Assembly: GCA_050174015.1 (NCBI GenBank)
Contig: JBFXKG010000002.1
Coordinates: 64,001 to 128,000, forward strand
Source of the DNA: Candidatus Krumholzibacteriia bacterium
GTDB lineage: Bacteria > Krumholzibacteriota > Krumholzibacteriia > LZORAL124-64-63
Reading direction: 5' to 3'
DNA: 64,000 nucleotides
Of the stretch, positions 8,668 to 18,652 are shown in pieces. Both the position numbers and the translations under genes were made by a program. How positions within the stretch are numbered: the first letter of the stretch is position 1; every line of letters begins with the position of its first letter. The notes beneath the pieces are model-generated. The model did not search any database. It was not told the DNA's origin and saw nothing but the letters and a program-made list of their open reading frames with translations.

Positions 8668-9336
8668 TTGCAGGGGCTGTTCATTCTGGTTTTCCTGGCG
8701 ATCGCGATCACCATCGGGGTGATCGCCTGGCGTCAGGAACAGAAGCGGCGCGATGCCCTGCTGGCCTGGGCCCACCGTAAGGGGTGGCGGCTGGACAGCT
8801 CGGGCCGCAAGGACCGGCACAAGACCTGGCCGGGACTAAAGCTATTCGACCGGGGCCATTCCAGGAGCAGCAAGAACGTCGTCACCGGCACCATCGAGGG
8901 ACTCGACGTCGCCTGCATCGACTTCCAGTACGTCACCGGGACGGGCAAGAACCGCCAGACCCACCGGCGCGGCGTGGTGATCCTGGATTGCGGCTTCCCG
9001 ACCATCCCCCTGCAGATCCGTCGCGAGCACGCCTTCGACAAGGTGGGGGAGTTCCTGGGCAAGGACGACATCGACTTCGAATCCGCCGAATTCAGCCGCA
9101 GGTTCTACGTCACCTCGAGCGACCGGAAGTGGGCCTACGACATCATCCACGGCCGCACCATGGAGTACCTCCTGGGCGCCCCGGACTTCGGCATCGAGTT
9201 CGGCTTCCATGAGATCGCGGTCTACCGCAACGGTTTCAACCAGCCGCCGCAGCACGAGCAGGCCCTGGACGTGGCGCTGGCCCTGTACCGGCTGATCCCC
9301 GACTACGTGATCCGGCAGATGAAAGGCGTGAAGTGA
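8668..9336 (+). CDS. Membrane-anchored LemA-partner protein (DUF3137-like)
   Basis: TTG start after GGAGAGG; N-terminal TM helix; DIDFESAEFSRRFYV motif; its stop overlaps the lemA ATG. Confidence 0.7.
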   Translation: MQGLFILVFLAIAITIGVIAWRQEQKRRDALLAWAHRKGWRLDSSGRKDRHKTWPGLKLFDRGHSRSSKNVVTGTIEGLDVACIDFQYVTGTGKNRQTHRRGVVILDCGFPTIPLQIRREHAFDKVGEFLGKDDIDFESAEFSRRFYVTSSDRKWAYDIIHGRTMEYLLGAPDFGIEFGFHEIAVYRNGFNQPPQHEQALDVALALYRLIPDYVIRQMKGVK

Positions 9337-9896
9337 TGGCCTGGCAGATCCCCCTCGGCATCCTGGTTGCGGTCCTCCTGTGGGCGGCCCTGAACTACAA
9401 TGCGCTGGTCCGCGGCCGGCAGCACGTCCGCGAATCCTGGGCCGACATCGACACCGAGCTGAAGCGCCGGTACGACCTGATCCCCAACCTGGTAGCGGCG
9501 GTCAAGGGCTACGCCGCCCACGAACGCGAAACCCTGGAGGCGGTGACCGCGGCCCGCGAGCGGGCCCGCAATTCCCACGGCAGCCCCGGTCAGCAGGCCG
9601 CCGACGAAAAGACCCTGGTGGCCGGCCTGCAGAAGCTGCTGGCGGTGGCCGAGGCCTATCCCGACCTCAAGGCCAACGCGAACTTCCTGGCGCTCCAGCA
9701 GGAACTAACCAACACCGAGGACCGCATCCAGGCCGCCCGTCGCTTCTACAACGGCAACGTCCGCGACCTGAACACGCGCATCGAGGTGTTCCCCTCCAAC
9801 GTCATCGCCTCGCTGTTCCGGTTCCGTCCCGAAGAATTCTTCGAGGTCGAGAGCGCGGTGATCCGCCAGGTGGTGGACGTGTCCTTCGGCGACTGA
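9336..9896 (+). CDS. lemA: LemA family protein
   Basis: WADIDTELKRRYDLIPNLV...AEAYPDLKANANF...EDRIQAARRFYN...FPSNVIA. Confidence 0.95.
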   Translation: MAWQIPLGILVAVLLWAALNYNALVRGRQHVRESWADIDTELKRRYDLIPNLVAAVKGYAAHERETLEAVTAARERARNSHGSPGQQAADEKTLVAGLQKLLAVAEAYPDLKANANFLALQQELTNTEDRIQAARRFYNGNVRDLNTRIEVFPSNVIASLFRFRPEEFFEVESAVIRQVVDVSFGD

Positions 9897-10000
9897 GGGA
9901 CCGTTCGCGGCCGGTTGCCATCCGTCCCGGCCGGTATATACTGGTCGCCGGACCAGACGCGGCCGCCGCCGTTTCCAGATCGCAACCCGGGAGTCCGTCC

Positions 10001-11968
10001 ATGAGCCCGAGCCACGCCCTGTTCACCCCGTTCGCCAAGGCCGCCGAATCGTTCACGGTGGACCGGAACCTGGTCGCCCACGCGGGGCTGGACCGCTGGG
10101 CCGCCCAGTTCCAGCTGGGCACGGCGGGATACCGGGATCTCCTTGATCCGGACGACCTGTTCAACCTCGAGGTCCCCTTCAACGGGCTGACGGTGGGGAT
10201 CATGCTGGAAGCCCGGTCCCAGCTGGCGGTGGAAAGGAACCTGAAGGCCCTGCACGTGGGCGGGGAGGTCCGTCCCCACACCCAGGAGTTCATCGACCTG
10301 GCCGCCAGGATCTACGCGGCGAAGGGCATCCGGGTGCACCTGAGCCCTGCCGACCGGCGCACGACGCCCATCTGGCTGTCCAGCTTCGGGGTCTTCTACG
10401 AGGAGCTCGACGGCGGCGAGAACTTCACCGCGAGCCACAGCCAGAGCTACAAGGGCGGCTGGAAGCCCATGGATGGAAGCGGAGGCCAGCTGCTCGAGAT
10501 GGCGGGCCTGATCGCCGACCGGGTGCGCGAACTGGTGGCCGGGGCCGCCCGCTCCGGCTTGAAGATCGAGCTGGCTGCGGCCAACGATCCCCTCATCCGG
10601 CGGGATTTCGATCCCTACGACGCCTACCTGGAGTACCTGCGCCAGGTCGTCCCCGGGCCCCTGCTCGGGGAGATCGGACCGGCGGCCGCCGGTGGATTCA
10701 AGGCGGCCTTCTGCACGGAGGGCGGCTCCATGGCCGCCGCCGCGCGCCGCATCTTCGGCGGCCTGGACGTGAAGGTGGGCGAGGAGGGACCCGTATTCCT
10801 GACCCATGACCGGGAGAGCACCACCTACCACGGCATCGGGATCGTCGACGGGGTCAATCACGGCGTGGATCCCGGCAAGTGGCAGGTGTACAAGCACGTC
10901 GGGGCCCAGGAACTGCTGCGGGACCGCAAGTGCCACGTCTTCTTCATCTGGGATCCGGACGGGGACCGCTTCAACATGGTCACCGTGGCGCCCGCCTCCC
11001 TGGCGGACGAGGCCGCAGCCGCCGGCCTCGAGGTCGATCCTCTCGACCCCGACCGCTGCCTGGTCTACTTCAAGCCCAACCAGATCTACTTCATGCTGAC
11101 GGGGTTGAAGATCGAAGGGCTGCACCAGGCAGGAATCCTGGACTCCTACGACTGGATCGTGGCCTCGACCTATCCCACCAGCCTGAGCATCGGGGAGATC
11201 GCCGAGAAGACCAACGCGGCCACGGGGTCGGGTCTGCGCACCTTCAGGGTGCCGGTGGGTTTCAAGCACTTCGCCGCCCTGGTGAAGGATCTCGAGGGCC
11301 AGATCGCGGCCGCGGAAGGCCGGGACACCCGGGCCACCGACGTGACCGGCCGGAAGACAGTCTTCGGTCCCCGGCCCCGCCTGCTGATCATGGCCGAGGA
11401 GAGCGGCGGGGCCGCCATGGGCCCGGCCGAGCCCACCTGCAGCCGCGGCGGGGCCCGGACCAGCCTGGCGCCCAAGGAGAAGGACGCCATGCAGATCGGG
11501 GTGATGGCCCTGTGCCTGGCCGCCCGGCTGCACACCCGAGGCGGCAGCTTCGCCCGCTACTACCTGGACCTGCTGGAGAAGTACGACACCGACTACCGCT
11601 TCTACGAGCGCCGGGACGTCACCCTGTTCGACGAATCCCTGAAGGGGAAGGCCCGCGACCAGGCCAGGGCCGAGGGGAACCGGCGGAAGGAGGCCACCGT
11701 GGCCTTCTTCCTTGCCCTGGAAGGTCTCGAGCCTGCGGAGGCGGCGGCCCGGCTCCGGGCGGCCATGACGGAGGACGTGGCGCTGCCTGACATCAAGCGC
11801 ATCTTCCACGCCGGTGACGGCACCTACATCGAGTTCTCGGGGCAGTGGTTCGAGCTGAGGGCTTCGGGCACCGACGCGGTGCTGCGCTATTACATGGAAG
11901 GCCGGGACCAGGGGCGCGTGGCATCCCTCAACGAGGCGTTCACGCGGCTGCGGATTCCCGCTCAGTAG
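10001..11968 (+). CDS. Alpha-D-phosphohexomutase (PGM/PMM superfamily), divergent
   Basis: GTAGYR, phosphoserine loop TASHS, metal loop DPDGDR, VGFK, EESGG, RASGT; ATG 10001 after GGAG. Confidence 0.85.
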   Translation: MSPSHALFTPFAKAAESFTVDRNLVAHAGLDRWAAQFQLGTAGYRDLLDPDDLFNLEVPFNGLTVGIMLEARSQLAVERNLKALHVGGEVRPHTQEFIDLAARIYAAKGIRVHLSPADRRTTPIWLSSFGVFYEELDGGENFTASHSQSYKGGWKPMDGSGGQLLEMAGLIADRVRELVAGAARSGLKIELAAANDPLIRRDFDPYDAYLEYLRQVVPGPLLGEIGPAAAGGFKAAFCTEGGSMAAAARRIFGGLDVKVGEEGPVFLTHDRESTTYHGIGIVDGVNHGVDPGKWQVYKHVGAQELLRDRKCHVFFIWDPDGDRFNMVTVAPASLADEAAAAGLEVDPLDPDRCLVYFKPNQIYFMLTGLKIEGLHQAGILDSYDWIVASTYPTSLSIGEIAEKTNAATGSGLRTFRVPVGFKHFAALVKDLEGQIAAAEGRDTRATDVTGRKTVFGPRPRLLIMAEESGGAAMGPAEPTCSRGGARTSLAPKEKDAMQIGVMALCLAARLHTRGGSFARYYLDLLEKYDTDYRFYERRDVTLFDESLKGKARDQARAEGNRRKEATVAFFLALEGLEPAEAAARLRAAMTEDVALPDIKRIFHAGDGTYIEFSGQWFELRASGTDAVLRYYMEGRDQGRVASLNEAFTRLRIPAQ

Positions 11969-13875
11969 CGGAAGGTCCCGAACATCTCGATCCCGGAGAA
12001 GGCGGGCTCGAACTTGCAGACGCCCCCCGAGCAGATGAACCCTTCCTGCCGGCGGCCGAACCACAGGTTCAGGTTGCCGCCACCATCTAGGGTGTAGCTG
12101 ACCTGGCCGGCAGGGAAGGGGCCTTCATCCTCGGTGAGTCCCCGCTGCTCGGCGTACTTGTTGTTGGTCTCCAGGAAGGCGGCCACCGCCCAGCGGCGCG
12201 CGGTCTCCAGCTCCAGCTTGAACCACTGCTGGTCGTGTTCGCCCAGGTCGAAGCCCCGTCCTCCCCCCAGCCTCACGTGCTGGTGTTCGGCCTGGATCGT
12301 CCAGGAAGTGGACGGCCCTGCCCGCCACGTCAGCTCGCCCACCACGGTCTGCCTCAAGCCCTCGTTGTCCTGGTAGGCGAAGCCGGCCTGCCAGGCCACG
12401 GGACCGCCCGCATCCCGCTGGATTCCGCCGTAAGCCAGATCGTAGATCGTGACGCCGGCCTGGTTCTCCAGGCTGGCGCCGGTGGCCTGCAGGGACCAGT
12501 CCCCCCGGGTGTACTGGAGGTCGAGATTCCGGCCGCGTTCGTCGTCGGCGTTGAGGTTGTGCGGGGCCCGGTTGAGCAGGGTCCAGGTCAGTTCCCTGGC
12601 CAGGGAGGGGGGGCGGTTCAGGCTGGTCTTGCCGTCGGCGCGAGCCAGGACGGTGAAATGCTCGTAGTCCATGACCTCCAACGAAACGGCCCACGGGCCG
12701 TGGTAGAGGTTCAGATTTCCGTACAGGGCCCTGCCGGCGCCCTCGGCGTAGAGCCCGGCTTCGGGGTCGAATTCGTAGCGGTTCTTCCAGCCGGCTTCGA
12801 GGTAGGTGTCGCCCCAGGAGAAGTTCTGCCGCGCCCGGACGGCGGTCGCCCACTCGCGGTGGACGGTCCCGTCCTCGGCGGAGAAGTCGTCCGGCCGGAA
12901 GGTCAGGCCGGATACGGCGAGGAAGGGCCCCCCATCGAGGGCGTAGCCCACGTCCAGACCGCGGACGTCCACCGGCCGGTCCAGGGGAGTGCCCGAGAAG
13001 GCGGTGGCCTGCCAGCGATTCCGCCCACCCGTGGCGATGATGCCGTCGAGGCGGGTGTCGATCCGGATGGTGCGGTCCTCGTAGGCGTTGAAGATCAGGC
13101 CCCGGCCGAAAAGCCCGTAGAAGTGGCCGGCGCGGACGGCCGCTTCGCCCCGCTTGAACTCCACGAACCGATGGGCGATCTCGTTGGAGCGCCCGCCCTC
13201 CTCGCTGGGAGCGCGGCTGTTCAGCAGGATGCCCGTCCGCAGCCCGTAGAGTTCGTAGTCGACGTCGAGCCAGTTCTCGAAGATCTCCTGCTTCGTCTCC
13301 GTGGAGTAGGAATATTCGAAGCGGTCGGAGGCGGTGACCCGGCCGGCGAAGGACGAGGCGGTCGGGCCGGGGGCCGCCGGCCGGTCCAGCAGGGCCTCGA
13401 TCACTGCGCGCAAGGCGTGTTCGTCCCCTTCCTTGTAGCCCAGGTGGCGATACGCCACCCGGCCCTGGCCGTCGAAGACGATCGTAAAGGGAATGGACCC
13501 GCCGACCTGCAAGAGTTCCTGGACCTCGGCCGCGGTGTCCAGGGGGACGATGAGGTCGTCGTACCCCGAGGCGGCGATGAAGGGGGCGACCTTGGCCACG
13601 GCCTTGGGCCCGTCGGTGTTCACGGCCAGGACGGTGACCCGTCCGCCGAAGTCCTCCGCCAGCGCCTCGAGGTGGGGAAGCTCCTTGAGGCAGGGCTTGC
13701 ACCAGGTGGCCCAGAAGGAAACCACGACCGGCCCCCGGGCCAGTCGCTCGCCGAAGGTGACCGTTCCGCCGTCGGCGGTGGGCAGGGACCAGTCGGCGCC
13801 GGAGGCGGAAGTCCCCAGGACCAGGAACAGGAGGGCGGCCGGCAGGCCGGGCAGCGCGGGAATTGGCCTCAACAT
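11962..13875 (-). CDS. TlpA-type thioredoxin fused to a DUF6029-like outer-membrane beta-barrel
   Basis: Signal peptide; FWATWCKPCLKELP; then GHFYGLFGRGLIFNAYEDR...CSGGVCKFEPAFSG, ending in aromatic FRY. Start set at 13875 (AAGGGG RBS). Confidence 0.75.
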   Translation of the reverse strand: MLRPIPALPGLPAALLFLVLGTSASGADWSLPTADGGTVTFGERLARGPVVVSFWATWCKPCLKELPHLEALAEDFGGRVTVLAVNTDGPKAVAKVAPFIAASGYDDLIVPLDTAAEVQELLQVGGSIPFTIVFDGQGRVAYRHLGYKEGDEHALRAVIEALLDRPAAPGPTASSFAGRVTASDRFEYSYSTETKQEIFENWLDVDYELYGLRTGILLNSRAPSEEGGRSNEIAHRFVEFKRGEAAVRAGHFYGLFGRGLIFNAYEDRTIRIDTRLDGIIATGGRNRWQATAFSGTPLDRPVDVRGLDVGYALDGGPFLAVSGLTFRPDDFSAEDGTVHREWATAVRARQNFSWGDTYLEAGWKNRYEFDPEAGLYAEGAGRALYGNLNLYHGPWAVSLEVMDYEHFTVLARADGKTSLNRPPSLARELTWTLLNRAPHNLNADDERGRNLDLQYTRGDWSLQATGASLENQAGVTIYDLAYGGIQRDAGGPVAWQAGFAYQDNEGLRQTVVGELTWRAGPSTSWTIQAEHQHVRLGGGRGFDLGEHDQQWFKLELETARRWAVAAFLETNNKYAEQRGLTEDEGPFPAGQVSYTLDGGGNLNLWFGRRQEGFICSGGVCKFEPAFSGIEMFGTFRY

Positions 13876-13933
13876 CGTGCGGGATCCCCTTCGCATGGCA
13901 ACGGGAAGGCCGGCGGCCGCGCCGCCGGCCGCA

Positions 13934-15313
13934 TCACTTGGCAAGGGTGAGCTTCACGGTCCGGACCTGGTCGCCGACCCGGATCCGGGCGAGGTAGAGC
14001 CCGCCGCCGGCGATCCTGCCGTCCCGGTCCCGGCCGTTCCAGACCAGGTCCTGGGGGCCGGGATGAAAGGCCCCGCTGAACAGGTCGGCGACCAGGCGGC
14101 CGCGCAGATCGAAGATGGCGACGGAGCCTTGAACGGGCGTGTCGCCGCCCACCTCGAACATCAGGTGGGTCGCGGGGTTGAAGGGATTGGGGGCCGCGCC
14201 CGGCTCCTGGGCGAACGGACCGGGCAAGGGTCCGGGGGCGCCGGTGACCTGCTGGGCCATCCAGGTGAAGATGCGGGCCATCAGGTCGTTGCGGGACCCC
14301 TCGGAGGAGATGCCCTCGAAACCGAATCCCATCAGGTAGCTGCGGCCCTGGCCGTACGAGGCCCGCACCGCGGCCGTCCGTCCGGGCGAGTACTCCAGGC
14401 TGGCCGCACCGGGGCCCACCGGGGCGATCTCGTCCTGGACGGTGTTGTCGTTCGCGCCCGTGCCCCCGTTGATGGCCAGGGCGAGGCCGCCGGCCACAGG
14501 ATCCCCGGGCAAACCGGAAACGGTCGAGTCGTCGGCGTCGTCGAGGGCGTAGTCCACGCCCAGGACGTTCTTGAACCAGAGGCGGTGTGCGGCCGAATAA
14601 TGGACGCCGCCGGCCGAGCAGAAGTCCCGCACCACATTCTGGCCCGAGAGGACGACCTGTCCGCCCGCCTGCAGCAGATCCTGCAGGGCGGGAAGATCGG
14701 CGGGCGTCAGGCCCGCCGAGCCGGACCCGAGCGCGTACACGATGGTCCCGAACCCGCCGAGGTCGTCGGGGGCCAGGACGCCGAACAGATCCCGGTCCCA
14801 GGTGCCGAAGGTCTTCCCCGCAGCGGTCAGGGCGCCCTGGTAGTAGGTCTCGTACCCCAGGCCGCCGTCGGCGTCGACCAGCAGGACCTCCAGGCCGCTG
14901 CTCAGGACGGTGAAATCGAACTGCTCGCTCAGGGCAGGCTGGCCCTGGCTGGTGATCGTTACCGAGGCCGAACCCTCGCCCTGTTCGGTCAGGGGGGTGA
15001 TGTCCACCAGGAGCTGCGTGAATTCCCCGGGATCGAGCGTGAAGGTGATGACGCTCAGGTGAGGGGGATAGCAGATGGTCCCCTCGCACAGGGAGGCGAT
15101 CCAGTCCCCGGGCAGGTCGCGCGCGATGACGACCTCGTAGGTGTCGGCGGCCGATCCGGTGTTGGTCACGACGTTGTGGAACGAATGCAGCTGGACCAGG
15201 TCGGCGACCGCGCCCTGATGGGGAACGTCGACCGTGAACCCGTACTGGGCCAGGCCGGCGGCTGGCAGGAGGAGGGCGGCGAGCGGCAGGAGGAGGGGAA
15301 CGATGGTCTTCAT
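13934..15313 (-). CDS. Secreted protein with FlgD-Ig/T9SS-like C-terminal domain
   Basis: Signal peptide; ends AAPNPFNPAT...IFDLRGRLVADL...WNGRDRDGR...GGLYLARI...VKLTLAK. Confidence 0.8.
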   Translation of the reverse strand: MKTIVPLLLPLAALLLPAAGLAQYGFTVDVPHQGAVADLVQLHSFHNVVTNTGSAADTYEVVIARDLPGDWIASLCEGTICYPPHLSVITFTLDPGEFTQLLVDITPLTEQGEGSASVTITSQGQPALSEQFDFTVLSSGLEVLLVDADGGLGYETYYQGALTAAGKTFGTWDRDLFGVLAPDDLGGFGTIVYALGSGSAGLTPADLPALQDLLQAGGQVVLSGQNVVRDFCSAGGVHYSAAHRLWFKNVLGVDYALDDADDSTVSGLPGDPVAGGLALAINGGTGANDNTVQDEIAPVGPGAASLEYSPGRTAAVRASYGQGRSYLMGFGFEGISSEGSRNDLMARIFTWMAQQVTGAPGPLPGPFAQEPGAAPNPFNPATHLMFEVGGDTPVQGSVAIFDLRGRLVADLFSGAFHPGPQDLVWNGRDRDGRIAGGGLYLARIRVGDQVRTVKLTLAK

Positions 15314-16599
15314 CGGTTCACGCTTTCGGAATAGGTGTCGGCAGGGGCCGCGGACAGGGGCGGCACGGCGGTGGAGCCGGCCTGGAGGACGGCTCGGGTG
15401 GCCCGGTCCTGGACGAAGGCGATGACGGCGCAGGATGCGGGATCCCAGTCTCCCTGCACCAGTTCGAGGGTAAAGACGAGAGGCGATCCCGCCGCCAGGG
15501 CCCCGGGGGCGGGCGGCTGGTCGGCCATGTCCCTGAACAGCCAGTAGAAGGTGGTCTCGCCGAGGTTGGGTTCGACCGGAGGTTCCGGGTAGTCCACCTG
15601 ATCCTGGGCCAGGGCGACGAACAGGGTGGTCCCGGTCAGGTCGATCTCCCCGTCCAGGGCGGTCAGGGTGACAGTCACCGGCACGGTCGACAAGGTGAAG
15701 TCCGCCTCGACGTCGATGAAGAACCCGGGGTCGCGCAGGAGTGCGAGGTCCACGAGATCCCGCAGGGATGCCGGTCCGGGCGGATTGCCCGCCGACCCCT
15801 GCAGCGCCCCGTCGGCATACAGGGTGGGCAGGGCGATGATCGCCTCGGGGCCGTAATACAGCAGCCTGCCGTCGTTCTCGGGGATGTTGTACTGGTAGTG
15901 GGGGTCGGCCCGCAGCGGCCAGGACATGCTGAACTTCAGGACCAGGAGGCGGTCCAGGCCGTAGCCCTCGGTCAGCTGCAGGGCGTGCAGGTTGGCCGAC
16001 AGTTCGGGGCAGCCCTGACAGAAGATGTTGGAGAACCCCTCGAGCAGGACGGTGCGCAGGGAGCGGGCCATGAAGGCGGAGGCGGGGATCTCGATGACCT
16101 CCCCGGCGGCCACGTCCACGGCGAGCTCACCGGGCAGGAACCGGAACCCGTCGAGGTCGAGGGCGAGGCGGTGAAGGCCCGGCTCCACGCCGATCTCCGC
16201 CGGAGTGACGAGGCCGGTGTTCAGGCCGTCGAGGGTGATGCGGGCGCCGGCGGGTTCCGAGTCGACGACCAGGGCGGTCAAGACCAGGGAGAAATCCGCG
16301 TCCGCATGCCCCAGCGGGGCGACGGTCACGAGGCGGCTGCCGGGAGTGCTGAGGTAGGGGGGCAGCGCCACGCCGACCTCGTAGACGGCAGCGGGCATGT
16401 CGGCGAAGGTGAACGGGGTGGTCTCGCCGGTTTCCCGGCCGTCGATGAAGATGGCGGCGCCCGCAGGGTCGCTGGTGACGGTCAACGTCCCGGGAGCGTA
16501 GCTGGGCGCCTCGCGGCCGCAGCCGGAAGCGAGCAGCCACAGGAGGAGAAGGACCGGGGCGCCGGTGCGGCGGGCCCGGAAAGGACGGTTTCCGTGCAC
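15310..16599 (-). CDS. Lipoprotein with two PEGA domains and an Omp28-like CxxC domain
   Basis: Lipobox LASGC; PEGA repeats (VTSDPAGAAIFIDG, VDSEPAGARITLDG); TVLLEGFSNIFCQGCP...PTLYADG...VIAFVQD...VLQA. Confidence 0.75.
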   Translation of the reverse strand: MHGNRPFRARRTGAPVLLLLWLLASGCGREAPSYAPGTLTVTSDPAGAAIFIDGRETGETTPFTFADMPAAVYEVGVALPPYLSTPGSRLVTVAPLGHADADFSLVLTALVVDSEPAGARITLDGLNTGLVTPAEIGVEPGLHRLALDLDGFRFLPGELAVDVAAGEVIEIPASAFMARSLRTVLLEGFSNIFCQGCPELSANLHALQLTEGYGLDRLLVLKFSMSWPLRADPHYQYNIPENDGRLLYYGPEAIIALPTLYADGALQGSAGNPPGPASLRDLVDLALLRDPGFFIDVEADFTLSTVPVTVTLTALDGEIDLTGTTLFVALAQDQVDYPEPPVEPNLGETTFYWLFRDMADQPPAPGALAAGSPLVFTLELVQGDWDPASCAVIAFVQDRATRAVLQAGSTAVPPLSAAPADTYSESVNR

Positions 16600-16819
16600 G
16601 ATTCACCTGATTCCGGGTGGACGGATGTCGGGTCCGGACGTGAAGGGGGGAAAGCCCCCTGCTCTACTGGCAATTATACGAACCCCCGGTTGGAATCGTC
16701 AACCGGGGGCGGGGAAACGGGCAGGAAGGGGAAAGGGGCCGGCGCCGCGGCGGCGCGTTGAGTCCTACTGCGCTGATGCAGAACCCGAGCCTGGCGCGCG
16801 ACCCGGCCCCCGAACCTTC

Positions 16820-18610
16820 CTACTTCACGGTGTAGCCCTCGGCGTCAATCACCCGCCGGGCGATGGCGTCGTGCAGCCTGGCCCTGTTGACCGGATCATG
16901 CTTGACCAGCCGGCGGAGCCCGGCCGCATAGGTCCGCATTTCGTCGCCCTCGACGGTGGCCGCGAGCACGTTGCGGGCCAGCACGCCCACCTTGTCCATG
17001 GCGTCATGGGTGTAAAGGGTCAGCATGTCGGCCATGGCCGCGGCGGCGGGCTCTCCCTCCTTCGCGGCCTTCTTCAGGGCGCGCAGCAGGCCGCTCTCGC
17101 AGGCGTAGGTCTGCATGATGATGTCGGCGCAGTCCGACAGGACTTCCTGCTGGTCCTTGAGGTTGGCCCCGAACTTCTGGGCCGCCAGGCCCATCACCGC
17201 CAGCACCACCTTCTTCATGTTGGCCACCAGCTTGCCCTCCTCCTCGAGGAAGGCGGGTTCCCCGGGTTCCTCGAACGAGGGCAGTCCGGTCAGCTCCCCG
17301 GCCACGGCCTGGGCGGCCTGCAGGAACGCCAGCTCGCCCTTGAGGGCCTTCTTGAGGATCATGCCGGGCACGATCATGCGGTTGATCTCGTTGGTGCCCT
17401 CGAAGATGCGGTTCACCCGCTCGTCGCGGTACCAGCGCTCCAGGGGATATTCCTGACAGTAGCCGTAGCCCCCCAGCATCTGCAGACCCTCCTCGGCGGC
17501 CAGGGCCATGGCCTCCGAGGCGAACACCTTGATCATGGAGCATTCGATGGAGAAGTCCTCGACCTTCTCGATGCCGGCGCGGTCGTAGCCGGGGTCGTTC
17601 CTGTCCAGGGTGGCGATCGCCCCGTCGAGCAGCCCGGCGGTGCGGTAGACCATGGACTCGGCCACGAAGGTGGTGGCGGCGACGTCGGCGATCTTGCGGC
17701 GGATCAGGCCGAAGTCGCTCAATGGATGGCCGAACTGGTGGCGCTGCTTGGTGTAGGGCACCGCGCTCCTGAGGACCAGCTTGCAGCCCCCGACGGTGCT
17801 GGCGCCGAGCTTGAAGCGTCCCACGTTCAGGATGTTGAAGGCGATCAGGTGGCCCTTGCCGATCTCGCCCAGGACGTTCTCCACCGGCACCTTCACGTCC
17901 TCGAGGATGATGGCGCAGGTGGACGAGCCCTTGAAGCCCATCTTCTTCTCCTCGGCGCCGATGGTCACCCCCTTGCTGGTGAGGTCGACGATGAAGCCGG
18001 TGAAGTGTTCGCCGTCGATCTTCGCGAAGAGGACGACCATCTCGGCGTATCCGGCGTTGGAGATGTACTGCTTGGTCCCGTTGAGGACGTAGTGCTTGCC
18101 GTCCTCGGTCAACTTCGCCGTGGTGGCCGCGGCCAGGGCATCGCTGCCGCTTCCCGGTTCGGTCAGGGCGTAGCAGGTGAGGAGCTCGCCCGTGGCGAGC
18201 TGCGGCAGGTACTTCTGCTTCTGCTCGGGGGTGCCGAAGTAGACGATGGGCAGGGTGCCGATGCCCGACTGGGCGCCGTGGGTGACGGCGAAGCTGCCGC
18301 TGCCGGCCATCTTCTCGCTGATGAGCATGATCGTGGCCTTGTCCGAGCCCATCCCGCCGTAGGCTTCGGGGATGTCGGCCATCAGCAGCCCCATCTCCCC
18401 GGCCTGCTTGAGCAGACCCTTGCCGAGCATGGTGTTGCCGTGGTACTCGAACTCCTCCTGCACCGGCAGGATGACCTTCTCGATGAAGTCCTCGCAGGTC
18501 TTGGCGAACATGCGCTGGGTCTCGTTGAAGTCCTCGGGCGTGAACACCGACCCGGGATCCGTTTCGGTCAGCAGGAATTCGCCGCCGGTGGTGGTCTTCT
18601 GCTCTGACAT
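16820..18610 (-). CDS. fadE: Acyl-CoA dehydrogenase
   Basis: YALTEPGSGSDA, GTKQYISNA, EEKKMG, GGYGYCQEYPLERWYRDERVNRIFEGTNEI. Confidence 0.92.
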   Translation of the reverse strand: MSEQKTTTGGEFLLTETDPGSVFTPEDFNETQRMFAKTCEDFIEKVILPVQEEFEYHGNTMLGKGLLKQAGEMGLLMADIPEAYGGMGSDKATIMLISEKMAGSGSFAVTHGAQSGIGTLPIVYFGTPEQKQKYLPQLATGELLTCYALTEPGSGSDALAAATTAKLTEDGKHYVLNGTKQYISNAGYAEMVVLFAKIDGEHFTGFIVDLTSKGVTIGAEEKKMGFKGSSTCAIILEDVKVPVENVLGEIGKGHLIAFNILNVGRFKLGASTVGGCKLVLRSAVPYTKQRHQFGHPLSDFGLIRRKIADVAATTFVAESMVYRTAGLLDGAIATLDRNDPGYDRAGIEKVEDFSIECSMIKVFASEAMALAAEEGLQMLGGYGYCQEYPLERWYRDERVNRIFEGTNEINRMIVPGMILKKALKGELAFLQAAQAVAGELTGLPSFEEPGEPAFLEEEGKLVANMKKVVLAVMGLAAQKFGANLKDQQEVLSDCADIIMQTYACESGLLRALKKAAKEGEPAAAAMADMLTLYTHDAMDKVGVLARNVLAATVEGDEMRTYAAGLRRLVKHDPVNRARLHDAIARRVIDAEGYTVK

Positions 18611-18652
18611 CTTCGGTTCTCCTTTGAACGTCGCGGGGCCCCGCCCCGGCGG

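Noticed and set aside
9380..10000. Long N-terminal extensions in the ORF track (also 29510-30643, 52026-53126, 55145-56182)
   Set aside because: The extensions overlap upstream genes in another frame; RBS positions and motifs support starts at 10001, 30644, 52025 and 55144.
11962..16599. Selenocysteine (UGA) recoding in the redox motifs
   Set aside because: The CxxC motifs use normal Cys codons and the ORFs are uninterrupted.
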